Shown here piece by piece: positions 7,074 through 15,625 of a stretch of DNA of 64,000 bases (positions are counted from its first letter, which is position 1; every line of letters starts with the position of its first letter). Made by a program: the position numbers and the translations under genes. The notes below the pieces were generated by a model, which was given only the letters and a program-made list of their open reading frames with translations, made no database searches and was not told the DNA's origin. Source of the stretch: Elusimicrobiota bacterium (GTDB taxonomy: Bacteria; Elusimicrobiota; Elusimicrobia; UBA1565); assembly GCA_043827405.1 (NCBI GenBank), contig JBDRPD010000050.1, positions 1 through 64,000 of the forward strand, written 5' to 3'.

Positions 7074-8603
7074 TTAAGGAGCCAGGCGCTTGCGGGCCTT
7101 CGCGGCGAGCTTGCTCGATGCGTACTCATCGACGACCCTCTTGTAGAGCTCCTCGGCCTTGGCCGCGTCCGCGAGCCGCTTCTCGCAGATCTGCGCCGCT
7201 TCATAGAGCGCCTCCGGAGCTTCCTTGGACTTGGGGTTGTCGGCGGCCAGCTTCGAGAGCAGCCGCACCTGCTCGGCGTAGTCCTTGCCGGAGTCGGCGA
7301 GGTCCGCCGCCTTCTTGAGCGCGCCGACCGCCTTCTCCCCGGGAAACATCGCGGCGAGCGCCTCCAGCGCGGCGACGGCTTTGGCGAGGCTCTTCTGGTC
7401 GGCGTGAATCTCGGCCTGGAGCAGGAGGGCGGCATACGCCGCATCCGCGGCCGGATAGCGCGTTACGGCTTTCTGCAAAATCTCGATCGCGAGCGCCGGC
7501 TGCTTAAGCCTCCGATACAGGAGCTCGCCCAGTTTCACATGCGCCTCGCGGGCGAGCTCATCGGCGGGGTAGGCGGCGATGACTTTCTGATAGGCTTCGG
7601 CCGCCTTGTCGTAGCGCTTCAGCGCGCCGACCAGGTGCTCGGCCAGAGCGAACTGCGTCTTGGCGAGCAGGACCGGATCCTTAAAAAGCGCCAGCGTCTC
7701 CTCGAATATCAGCAGGGCGATCTCGTTCTCTCCCTTGCGGGCGTGCAGCTGGGCGAGGAGGTGCGTCATCTCGCCGGAGAGCCGATGGGCGGGGTAGCGT
7801 CCCAGAAACTCCCGGAATTCCCCCGTCAGCGGCGCATAGAGATCCTTCTCCTCCACGAGCGCCAGTTCGCGCAGCAGGGCGGCGAATCGCGCCGGCCGGT
7901 CCAGCCCCGGCTCCGGGCCGCGGGCGAGCTCGGAAAGGCGGGCCCGGTGCGTCTTCATCCTCTTGCCGACCATCTCCAGCAGCCTGCGCTTGGTGTTGAA
8001 GGCCAGCTTGCTGTCCGGATACTCATAGATGAGCTTGAGCATGCCGACGATAGAACTCGCGTACTCCTTGCGCTTCTCGTGGATGAGAGCTTTGAGGTCG
8101 TGAGCTCCGTCCGCGACCTCGGACTCCCGGTCGCCGCGAATCATCTCCTCTACCTGCTCCAGCAGGGAGCCCAGAACATCCTTGGACGCGGACGCGAAGG
8201 ACCGCTCCAGGAAGGCCAGCTTCTCGCGCGCGTGGGCTTTAGGGTCCGATGATTCCGCCGCAGGCGGCGGGGCGACCTCCTCCGCGGGAGCCTCCTGCTC
8301 CGACGGCTCTTCGGCAGGGGCTTCGGCCTCCGCGACCTCCTGCGGCTCCTCCTCCGCCGGTTCCTCATCCTCCGCCGCCGCGTCCGCCGGCTCCTCCGCA
8401 AGCAAATCCTCGGCCGCCGGCTCGGGCAGCTCGTCGGCGAACGCCGCCGTCTCGGCCGCCTCCAGAACGGGCTCCGCGATGGGATCCAAGGCGAGCTCGG
8501 CCGCGGGAGACAATGACGGCATCTCGATCTGCGCCCAAGCGGGCGAACACAGGATCGCGCAAAGTACGGCGGCCGGCACTACGAGAAAAAATCTATCAGC
8601 CAC
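7074..8603 (-). CDS. exported TPR-repeat protein (BamD/YbgF-like) with an acidic N-terminal linker
   Basis: GTG after GGAGG; signal peptide; repeated YPxS..A..A TPR motifs. Confidence 0.75.
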   Translation of the reverse strand: MADRFFLVVPAAVLCAILCSPAWAQIEMPSLSPAAELALDPIAEPVLEAAETAAFADELPEPAAEDLLAEEPADAAAEDEEPAEEEPQEVAEAEAPAEEPSEQEAPAEEVAPPPAAESSDPKAHAREKLAFLERSFASASKDVLGSLLEQVEEMIRGDRESEVADGAHDLKALIHEKRKEYASSIVGMLKLIYEYPDSKLAFNTKRRLLEMVGKRMKTHRARLSELARGPEPGLDRPARFAALLRELALVEEKDLYAPLTGEFREFLGRYPAHRLSGEMTHLLAQLHARKGENEIALLIFEETLALFKDPVLLAKTQFALAEHLVGALKRYDKAAEAYQKVIAAYPADELAREAHVKLGELLYRRLKQPALAIEILQKAVTRYPAADAAYAALLLQAEIHADQKSLAKAVAALEALAAMFPGEKAVGALKKAADLADSGKDYAEQVRLLSKLAADNPKSKEAPEALYEAAQICEKRLADAAKAEELYKRVVDEYASSKLAAKARKRLAP

Positions 8604-8661
8604 GGGAAGACCTCCTGAATACAACTCGCCTGCGGGATTTGAGAAACAGCACGGCAGGCTG

Positions 8662-9030
8662 CTACTTGTCCAGCCAGTCCAGCAGCCGGCGGATGTCCCG
8701 ATCATCGCAGGGCTTGACGATCAGGCGGTCGGCGCCGCATTCGCCGACCTGGGCGATCAGCTCATTGGAGAGTACGGCGGTCATGATGATGACCGGGATA
8801 TGCTTGGTCTCGTCGGCGGTCTTGATGCGCCGCGTCGCCTCCCAGCCGTCGATCTTCGGCATGTAGATATCCATGAGCACCGCGTCGGGCTGCCAGCTCT
8901 TGGCCTTCTCCACGCCGGTTTCCGGATTCAGGGCCGAGGCGACCTGGACATCCCCCGTATGCTCGATAAGCGCGGTGAGCGCCATAACGATGTTCTGCTC
9001 GTCGTCAATGATCAAAATCTTTTTCGCCAT
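8662..9030 (-). CDS. single-domain response regulator
   Basis: KILIIDDE, PDAVLMDIYMPKIDG, IIMTA, KP. Confidence 0.92.
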   Translation of the reverse strand: MAKKILIIDDEQNIVMALTALIEHTGDVQVASALNPETGVEKAKSWQPDAVLMDIYMPKIDGWEATRRIKTADETKHIPVIIMTAVLSNELIAQVGECGADRLIVKPCDDRDIRRLLDWLDK

Positions 9031-9140
9031 GCTGTCTCCTGTCCATAGCGTAGCAATCCGGAAAGAAATAAACCAAACACTTCTTGACCTTTCCTTTTAT
9101 TTGTCATACGGTACGGAACCCTTTGCGAGGTAATACCCCC

Positions 9141-10904
9141 ATGAGCGCGACCGCCGCGGACGACCGCAAGTACTTTCCTCCCGCCGATGAGGCCCAGCTC
9201 ACCCCGCGCGCCGTGATCGCCGGCTGCCTGGTAGGCAGCGTCGTCGCCTGCACCAATATTTATATCGGCCTGAAGATCGGCTGGACCTTCGGGGCCTCCA
9301 TCGTCTCGGCGGTGCTGGGCTTCGCTTTATTCTCGGCGCTGGGCAAGAACCTCACCGTCCTGGAGACCAATATCACCCAGACCACCGGCTCCGCCGCCGG
9401 CGCCATGGCGTCCGCCGCCGGGCTGGTCGCCGCCATCCCGGCGATGGAGATGCTCGGCTACCACATCCGCTGGCCCCAGCTGATGCTGTGGGCGCTGTCG
9501 GTGGCTTTCCTCGGCGTGTTCTTCGCCGTGCCCCTGCGCCGCCAGTTCGTTGAGATCGACCGCCTGCGCTTCCCGACCGGGACCGCGACCGCCGAGACCA
9601 TCCTGGCCATGTACAGCCAGTCCGGCGAGGCGATCAAGAAGGCGCGGGTCCTGATCTGGGCCGGCGCGCTGGCGGGGCTCTACACTTTGGCCGCGCACTT
9701 CGTCCCCCAGCTTGAATCGCCGCCCATCCATAAGTGGATCCCCATCGGCGCCCTCTCGGTGGCCGCCGCCTGGAGCTTCAAAATCTACCTCGGCCCCTCG
9801 CTCTTCGGCGCCGGGTTTTTGATCGGTCCGCGGGTCTGCATCTCGCTGGTCCTCGGCGCGATCACCGCTTGGGCGGTCCTGGCGCCGATCGCGCAGGCAG
9901 CCGGCTGGGCCTCCGGGCCGGTCATGAGCTATAAGGACGGACCGCGCGGCTGGATCCTGTGGCCCGGTGTGGCGCTGATGGTCAGTGAGGCGCTGACCGC
10001 CCTGGCGCTGTCGTGGCCCACCTTTATGCGCGCGCTTAAGATGCCCGCCAAGCTCGATACCGGCGACTCGCTCAGCGGCCAGCATATCCCCAACTCCTGG
10101 TGGATGGGCGGACTGGCCGGCGGCACCTTGCTCACCGCGACCATCGCCTGGAAGGTCTTCGCCATCCCGCCGTGGATGACGCTGATCGCGGTCGCCATGT
10201 CGTCGGTGCTCGCCGCCGTCGCGGTACGCTCGGTCGGAGAAACCGACATCAACCCCGTCGGCGGCATGGGCAAGGTCACCCAGCTGGTCTACGGCGGCCT
10301 GGCGCCGGGACAGATGGGCACCAACCTGATGGCCGCCGCCATCACCGGCGCCGGGGCCTCGCAGGCCGGCGACATGATGCAGGATCTCAAGACCGGGCAT
10401 CTGCTCGGCGCCTCGCCGCGCCAGCAGTTCATCGCCCAGCTGATCGGCATCTGCGCCGGGGTGATCCTGGTGGTGCCGGTCTACTTCCTGTTCACCAGCG
10501 GCTACGAGATCGGCGGCGAGAAGATCCCGGCTCCGGCGGCTATGGCCTGGAAAGCCATGGCCGAGCTCCTAGCTAAAGGCCTCGACGCCCTGCCCGCCAA
10601 CGCCGGCTACGCGGTCATCTGCGCGACCGCCTGCGGCGTGGCTTTCCCGCTGCTGCGCCGGATCGAGCGCGTTAAGATGTGGGTCCCCAGCGGCCTGGCC
10701 TTCGGCATCGCCTTCATCATCCCGGCCTACTACTCCTTCGTGATGTTCTACGGCCTCGTCGCCTGGTGGATATGGAAGCGGCGCGATCCGGAAGCGGTGG
10801 ACAAATACAACTTCGCGCTGGCCTCGGGGCTGGTCGCGGGCGAGGGCCTAATGGGCATCGTCAACGCGGCGCTCACCATTCTGGGCGTAAAGCCCCTGAC
10901 CTAG
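9141..10904 (+). CDS. OPT/YSL family oligopeptide transporter
   Basis: LTPRAVI, YIGLKIG, LRFPTGTATA, DMMQDLKTG, PAPAA, SGLVAGEGL. Confidence 0.92.
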   Translation: MSATAADDRKYFPPADEAQLTPRAVIAGCLVGSVVACTNIYIGLKIGWTFGASIVSAVLGFALFSALGKNLTVLETNITQTTGSAAGAMASAAGLVAAIPAMEMLGYHIRWPQLMLWALSVAFLGVFFAVPLRRQFVEIDRLRFPTGTATAETILAMYSQSGEAIKKARVLIWAGALAGLYTLAAHFVPQLESPPIHKWIPIGALSVAAAWSFKIYLGPSLFGAGFLIGPRVCISLVLGAITAWAVLAPIAQAAGWASGPVMSYKDGPRGWILWPGVALMVSEALTALALSWPTFMRALKMPAKLDTGDSLSGQHIPNSWWMGGLAGGTLLTATIAWKVFAIPPWMTLIAVAMSSVLAAVAVRSVGETDINPVGGMGKVTQLVYGGLAPGQMGTNLMAAAITGAGASQAGDMMQDLKTGHLLGASPRQQFIAQLIGICAGVILVVPVYFLFTSGYEIGGEKIPAPAAMAWKAMAELLAKGLDALPANAGYAVICATACGVAFPLLRRIERVKMWVPSGLAFGIAFIIPAYYSFVMFYGLVAWWIWKRRDPEAVDKYNFALASGLVAGEGLMGIVNAALTILGVKPLT

Positions 10905-11713
10905 TCGGCGCTTTCCTTATCCGGCGCGGCCGGGACATCCGCCTGGGGGGCAGGAGTCTCGATCTCGACCGCGAGAGTCTCCGTCTTGACCGCGGGAGCC
11001 TCGGTCTTTACCGCGGGAGCCTCGGTCTTGACGGCGGCGGCGGCGGGCTCATCAGTCTCCCCCTCCATCTCCGCCCGCGTCTGCTCCGCCGCCAAGGCGG
11101 CCTCCCCGGACTGCAGCTCCGGGTTCTCCGGCGCCTGCAAAGCCGCCAGCTTCCCGGCGATCTCCACGTAGAGGGTGGATACTTCCTTCAGCCGCGCGTC
11201 GAGGGTCTGGAAGTTTTGCTGCACCGAATCCCACTTCACCTTAAGCTCCGCCCGCTCGCTGTCGCGGATCTTCTTGTAGTCGGTAAACGCCCGGCGCAGA
11301 CTTTTCAGCCGGCCCTGCATCATAACGACTTTGCCCTGGGTGTCGGAGAGCTGCGCCTTGGTGAACTCATGCTGGCCCAGCAGCTCCCGGCCCTTTTCCT
11401 TTTCGCCCGTCAGCTCCGCGCGCAGCTCGCTGAGGCTCTTCTCCGTCTTCTCCAGGCTCTGCTCGGTGTCCGCCAGCTTGGTCGTGGCGTAGTCATGCTT
11501 GCCCTTCAGCTCGGTCTTGGCCTCCTTGAGCGCGCCCAGCTGCTCCTGCAGCCCTTTCACCTCGGCGCGCAGGGCCGCGCCCGTGGATTCGAGTCCGCTC
11601 TTTTCTTCTTCCAGCCGGGCGGAGCGTGCGAGCTCCTCCTTATGCTTGGTCGCGGAAACACAGCCTCCGGCGAAAATCAGCAGGGCGATTGCGGGCAGGG
11701 CGATTCTTCTCAT
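10901..11713 (-). CDS. coiled-coil lipoprotein with C-terminal AVKTEAP repeats
   Basis: FAGGC lipobox; long heptad-rich region; GGAG SD. Confidence 0.75.
   Translation of the reverse strand: MRRIALPAIALLIFAGGCVSATKHKEELARSARLEEEKSGLESTGAALRAEVKGLQEQLGALKEAKTELKGKHDYATTKLADTEQSLEKTEKSLSELRAELTGEKEKGRELLGQHEFTKAQLSDTQGKVVMMQGRLKSLRRAFTDYKKIRDSERAELKVKWDSVQQNFQTLDARLKEVSTLYVEIAGKLAALQAPENPELQSGEAALAAEQTRAEMEGETDEPAAAAVKTEAPAVKTEAPAVKTETLAVEIETPAPQADVPAAPDKESAD
10962..11035 (-). repeat. 21-bp coding tandem repeat (about 3.5 units)
   Basis: ACCGCGGGAGCCTCGGTCTT recurs with period 21, encoding AVKTEAP/AVKTETL/AVEIETP. Confidence 0.8.
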
Positions 11714-11783
11714 GGCGCTCTCCAAACGGAAGGAATTCTCGCGCCAGTATAACAATTACGCCGCCGGGGACGGCCGCGGCGCC

Positions 11784-12707
11784 TCAGTAGTAAGAATCGC
11801 CGCCCGCACCGGGGGCGGGACCGATATCGTCGAGGCTGAGGTCGAAGTAGTAGCGCTTTCCCTCGAGCGTATAGGCGAAGCAGCCGTTCTCGTTGGCGCT
11901 CAGGTTGAAGCCGGCGCCCCACCAAAAGTAGCCGGGGGATTCATGGGCGGTATTGGCGTTGCTCTCGGGGTTCTGCAGCAGCCGGAGGTCGGCGTCGGCG
12001 GTGATGGGGCCGGCGATATTTCTGGTCTTGTAGCGCCACTGGGTCCGCGGATCGGCGACCATGGCACCGTCTTTCTCACGGGTTTTCAGCTGCTCGGCCG
12101 TGTGGTAAAAGATCTCGACACGCGGATCGCTGTACATATCCTCGTAGAGCCGCGAGTACTTATCAACGCCATAGTTATTGTATTTCTCTTCCCACAATGC
12201 CTGCGGGATCAGGATATGTGAATGCCCCATATCCGGAAAAAACACTCCGTCGATATAGTCGAGCTCGTAGGCGCGCTCGATATGGCGAGCGACCGCCCGC
12301 ACGAAGGCATCGGTGATGGCTACCGGGCCGCCGCGCCCCGCATCATGGGGCAGCTCCAGCCGCCCCTTCTCGGCGTTCCAGTACGCCCTTCGGGGCAGTC
12401 TTTTCGCGGAGGCGTACATCTCAGCGAACTTGTCCTTCATCTCGGGAAGGGTGTAGTCCCAGCGGAAATCCGAAGAATAAATCTTTTCGCCCTGCTCCGA
12501 CTCCGGACGGCAGCGGGGGTTCTCGGCATAGACGGAAGAGGCGGGCCGCGCCGCGCTCTCGCCGATGCGGGCGGCCTTGATGCGGCCGCGAATCCCCGTA
12601 GAAGCCTCCTGAATAAGGGCGGTAAAATCCGGGGGAGTCTCCGCGCCCGCGGCGCCGCAGAGGCCGCAGAGCAGGATTCCGACGAGTCCTTGAGTGATCT
12701 TGTTCAT
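11784..12707 (-). CDS. secreted hypothetical protein
   Basis: Signal peptide MNKITQGLVGILLCGLCGAAGA; DMGHSH and FYHTAEQ motifs. Confidence 0.75.
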   Translation of the reverse strand: MNKITQGLVGILLCGLCGAAGAETPPDFTALIQEASTGIRGRIKAARIGESAARPASSVYAENPRCRPESEQGEKIYSSDFRWDYTLPEMKDKFAEMYASAKRLPRRAYWNAEKGRLELPHDAGRGGPVAITDAFVRAVARHIERAYELDYIDGVFFPDMGHSHILIPQALWEEKYNNYGVDKYSRLYEDMYSDPRVEIFYHTAEQLKTREKDGAMVADPRTQWRYKTRNIAGPITADADLRLLQNPESNANTAHESPGYFWWGAGFNLSANENGCFAYTLEGKRYYFDLSLDDIGPAPGAGGDSYY

Positions 12708-12808
12708 GATCATAGGTTAGATGATCCGCCGGGGAAAAACCTCGGTCTTGGGACCCATGCAGACCGGCCCCAAAAGACCTAGGCGGCCCTATAACCAGCA
12801 GCGCCGCT

Positions 12809-13954
12809 TTACGCCGCCGGGGACGGCTGACGCGCGGACAGGCAGAACAGGGCGAGCGAGACGACGAGGCAGGCCGCCGGCAGGTAAAACGCCGCGCCCA
12901 GCGAGAACACGTCGCTCAGCGCCCCGATCGCCAGGTGCCCGAGGATGAGCGCCAGCGTCAGCGTCGAGTAGCACAGCGCCAGCAGGCTGGGAAACATCTC
13001 CCGGTAGTCGCGCATAAACGACGATACCGTCAGCGGGAAGAACGGTCCCAAAGCAAACGCCCCCAGGAGAAAGCCTCCGTGAATCCCGCGCATGCCCGCC
13101 AAAAATCCCGCGGTGCCGACGACCAGGCACAGCGGCGCCAGCCGCTTCTCGAAAGCGGGCGAAATCAGCCAGGCCCCCGCCGCGCGGCCGGCCGAGAGCG
13201 CGATAAAGAAACCGGTCAGATACAAGCTCGCGCGCGGCAAAGAGACGCCTCCTTCGGCGACGAGAAAGGTCGTCAGCCACATCGAGGCCAGCACTTCACC
13301 GAGCACATAGAAAGAGAGTGCGAGATTGCCGGAGACCGCCTTAAGCGACAGCAGCTGCCGCCACGGCAGGCCTCCCGCCGCCTCTTTTTGCTTGGGCGCG
13401 GCCGGCGGGCCGCCCGCGCCGATAAACAGGCAGGCGATCAGCGGCAGGGTCGAAAACAGGATCCGTTCGAGATTCCACCCCGAAGATACCGCATAGGCCG
13501 CGTAGAAGCCGGCCGCCGCGGAGCCCAGCCCGTAGCAGGCATGCGTCATCCCCAAACGGCGGAAGCGCGCGCTCTCGTCCGCCCCCTCGACCGCCAGCAG
13601 GTTCGTCGACATGTTCAGGGCCGCGACGCTGCCGCCCCACAGCAGGCCGCAGATCAGCAGCGCGCCGAAACCGCCGCCGGCGGCCGTGCCGGCGACGGCG
13701 CAGACCAGCAGCGCCATGGCGGTCCGCAGATAGGCCGTCAGCGTCATCCGCCGCAGCAGCCGCATCGAAAGCAGAAACAGAAAGAACGCCGCCAACGACC
13801 CGGCGCTGACAAATAGGGCGGTCCGCGAATGATCGAGCCCGTAGCGCTCGGCCAAGAGCGGCAGCAGCGGCCCCCGGGAATTATCGAAAAAAGACGATAC
13901 CGCCATGCAGGCCATTCCCAGCAGCAAGGCGCGCAGCGAAGCTTTCACCCCCAT
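12809..13954 (-). CDS. MFS transporter (FucP-like)
   Basis: About 12 hydrophobic segments; DNSRGPLLP, HACYGLGS, FYVLGE. Confidence 0.85.
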   Translation of the reverse strand: MGVKASLRALLLGMACMAVSSFFDNSRGPLLPLLAERYGLDHSRTALFVSAGSLAAFFLFLLSMRLLRRMTLTAYLRTAMALLVCAVAGTAAGGGFGALLICGLLWGGSVAALNMSTNLLAVEGADESARFRRLGMTHACYGLGSAAAGFYAAYAVSSGWNLERILFSTLPLIACLFIGAGGPPAAPKQKEAAGGLPWRQLLSLKAVSGNLALSFYVLGEVLASMWLTTFLVAEGGVSLPRASLYLTGFFIALSAGRAAGAWLISPAFEKRLAPLCLVVGTAGFLAGMRGIHGGFLLGAFALGPFFPLTVSSFMRDYREMFPSLLALCYSTLTLALILGHLAIGALSDVFSLGAAFYLPAACLVVSLALFCLSARQPSPAA

Positions 13955-13999
13955 ATCCTACAGGTTTGCCCCGGAGAAATTCCTATAATCAGGGCGCCC

Positions 14000-14143
14000 A
14001 TGATAACAGAAGACCTCCAGGCGGCGCAGAAGCTCGTCAATATCGCGAAGTTCTCGATTTTGGCCTTCGCCGCGGTGCTTGCCCGCGGCAAGTTCGGCAT
14101 TGCCATCGCGGTCCGCGGCGTGCGCATCGTCTCCCGAAGTTAA
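14000..14143 (+). CDS. small hydrophobic/cationic protein (47 aa)
   Basis: TATAAT 13984-13989 then ATG 14000; MITEDLQAAQKLVNIAKFSILAFAAVLARGKFGIAIAVRGVRIVSRS. Confidence 0.4.
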   Translation: MITEDLQAAQKLVNIAKFSILAFAAVLARGKFGIAIAVRGVRIVSRS

Positions 14144-14201
14144 GTCGGATTTAAGACTATTGAGAGATGGCGTTGATTTCCCGGCCCTACGATATAGCGG
14201 C

Positions 14202-14384
14202 ATGGACCGCGATCCTTCTGTTGACCAGAAGCCGGGCGTGAGAAAAATTATCTGCCCCTTCTGCGACTCGCCGAGAATTCGGCGGGCATCGACGCGCTTT
14301 AAGCATCTGCTGCGCACCCTGCTGCGCAGCGAGAAGCGCTACTGCCCGGCCTGCCGCTCCCGCTGGCTGGAAACCTGGGATTAG
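14202..14384 (+). CDS. small zinc-ribbon protein (60 aa)
   Basis: CPFC...RIRR...RYCPAC. Confidence 0.6.
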   Translation: MDRDPSVDQKPGVRKIICPFCDSPRIRRASTRFKHLLRTLLRSEKRYCPACRSRWLETWD

Positions 14385-14399
14385 AAAGAACGCCGCCGG

Positions 14400-15605
14400 C
14401 TAGGACGACAGCTCCATGCTGAGCGCGACCGTGGGGCAGACCGCGGCGCAGGAGCCGCAGCCGTCGCACTTGCTGGTGTCGATCTCGACGGTCTTTTCCT
14501 TGCGCTTCACCGTGACGCCCGAGTACATGCAGACGACCTCGCACAGGCCGCAGCAGGTGCACATGGACTCGACGGTTAGGCTCACCACGCTCATTTTCGT
14601 GTCGAGATCGGTATACGGCACGACGTTCTCGAGCGTCTTGCCGCGGAAGTCCTCCAGCGTCGCGAAGCCCTGGCGGTCCATGTAGGCCAGCAGGTCGTCT
14701 TTGAGCTTCTTGACGATCTCGTAGCCCTTGTCGAGGCCGCGGTTCATCACCGCCGAGCAGACCTGCAGGTTGTTGGCCCCGAGCGCCAGGTACTCGACCG
14801 AGGACTCGAGGTCGGCGATGCCGCCGGTGGCCGAAATCGGGAACTTGCGAAAGTCCACCGCCTTGGCGATCTCCGCCACGGCGTAGCGCGCCAGCGGCCG
14901 CATGCCGCCGGCCGACATCCCGGAGTAGGCGGTCTTGCCGTCGACCGCCAGCTTGGGCTTGAGCGTGTTGATGTCGATCTCGCAGAGGCCCAGAATCGTA
15001 TTAATGGCGACGATGGCGTCGGCGCCGTTGTCGACGCATTGCCTGGCCACATTGCCGATGCGCAGGCCCGCGGCATAGGTCAGCTTGGGCATGATCTTGA
15101 CATCCTTGCCGACTTCGCTGCGCACCCAGCCCACGATCTTGCCGGCGAGCTCCGGGCTCTCGCCCACCACCGCGCCCTCTCCCTTGTGGGTCAGGTGCGG
15201 GCAGGAGAAGTTGAGCTCGAGGCCGTCGATCTGGGTATCGATGAGCTTGGCCGCTAGCCGCCGCCAATCATCCTCCTTGTCGGCGGCTATGATGCTGGCG
15301 TAGACGAGCTTTTCCGGATGCTCGTCCTTGAGCCGGTTGATGATGTCGACCCACTCCTCGATCGTATAGATCGTGCCCATTTCAATATTCTGCGTAGCGA
15401 TGATCCTGCCGCCCTGCTTGATGTGGGCGATGCGCGGCATGACGTCGATGTAGGGCTCGGGGCCGATGCTCTTGGTGATGGCGCCCGCCCAGCCGGCGAC
15501 GAAGGCCTTCTTGATGGCCGCGTAGTCCTTGGTCGGCGGCGCCGACGCCAGGATATAGGGATTTTCCAGCTTGAAGCCGAGGAATTCCGTTTCTAAAGTG
15601 GCCAT
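14400..15605 (-). CDS. preA: dihydropyrimidine dehydrogenase subunit PreA
   Basis: NPYILASAPPT, GWAGAITKS, ELNFSCPH, AINT; two C-terminal 4Fe-4S motifs. Confidence 0.88.
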   Translation of the reverse strand: MATLETEFLGFKLENPYILASAPPTKDYAAIKKAFVAGWAGAITKSIGPEPYIDVMPRIAHIKQGGRIIATQNIEMGTIYTIEEWVDIINRLKDEHPEKLVYASIIAADKEDDWRRLAAKLIDTQIDGLELNFSCPHLTHKGEGAVVGESPELAGKIVGWVRSEVGKDVKIMPKLTYAAGLRIGNVARQCVDNGADAIVAINTILGLCEIDINTLKPKLAVDGKTAYSGMSAGGMRPLARYAVAEIAKAVDFRKFPISATGGIADLESSVEYLALGANNLQVCSAVMNRGLDKGYEIVKKLKDDLLAYMDRQGFATLEDFRGKTLENVVPYTDLDTKMSVVSLTVESMCTCCGLCEVVCMYSGVTVKRKEKTVEIDTSKCDGCGSCAAVCPTVALSMELSS

Positions 15606-15625
15606 GGTGTATTCTCCTTAACCGG

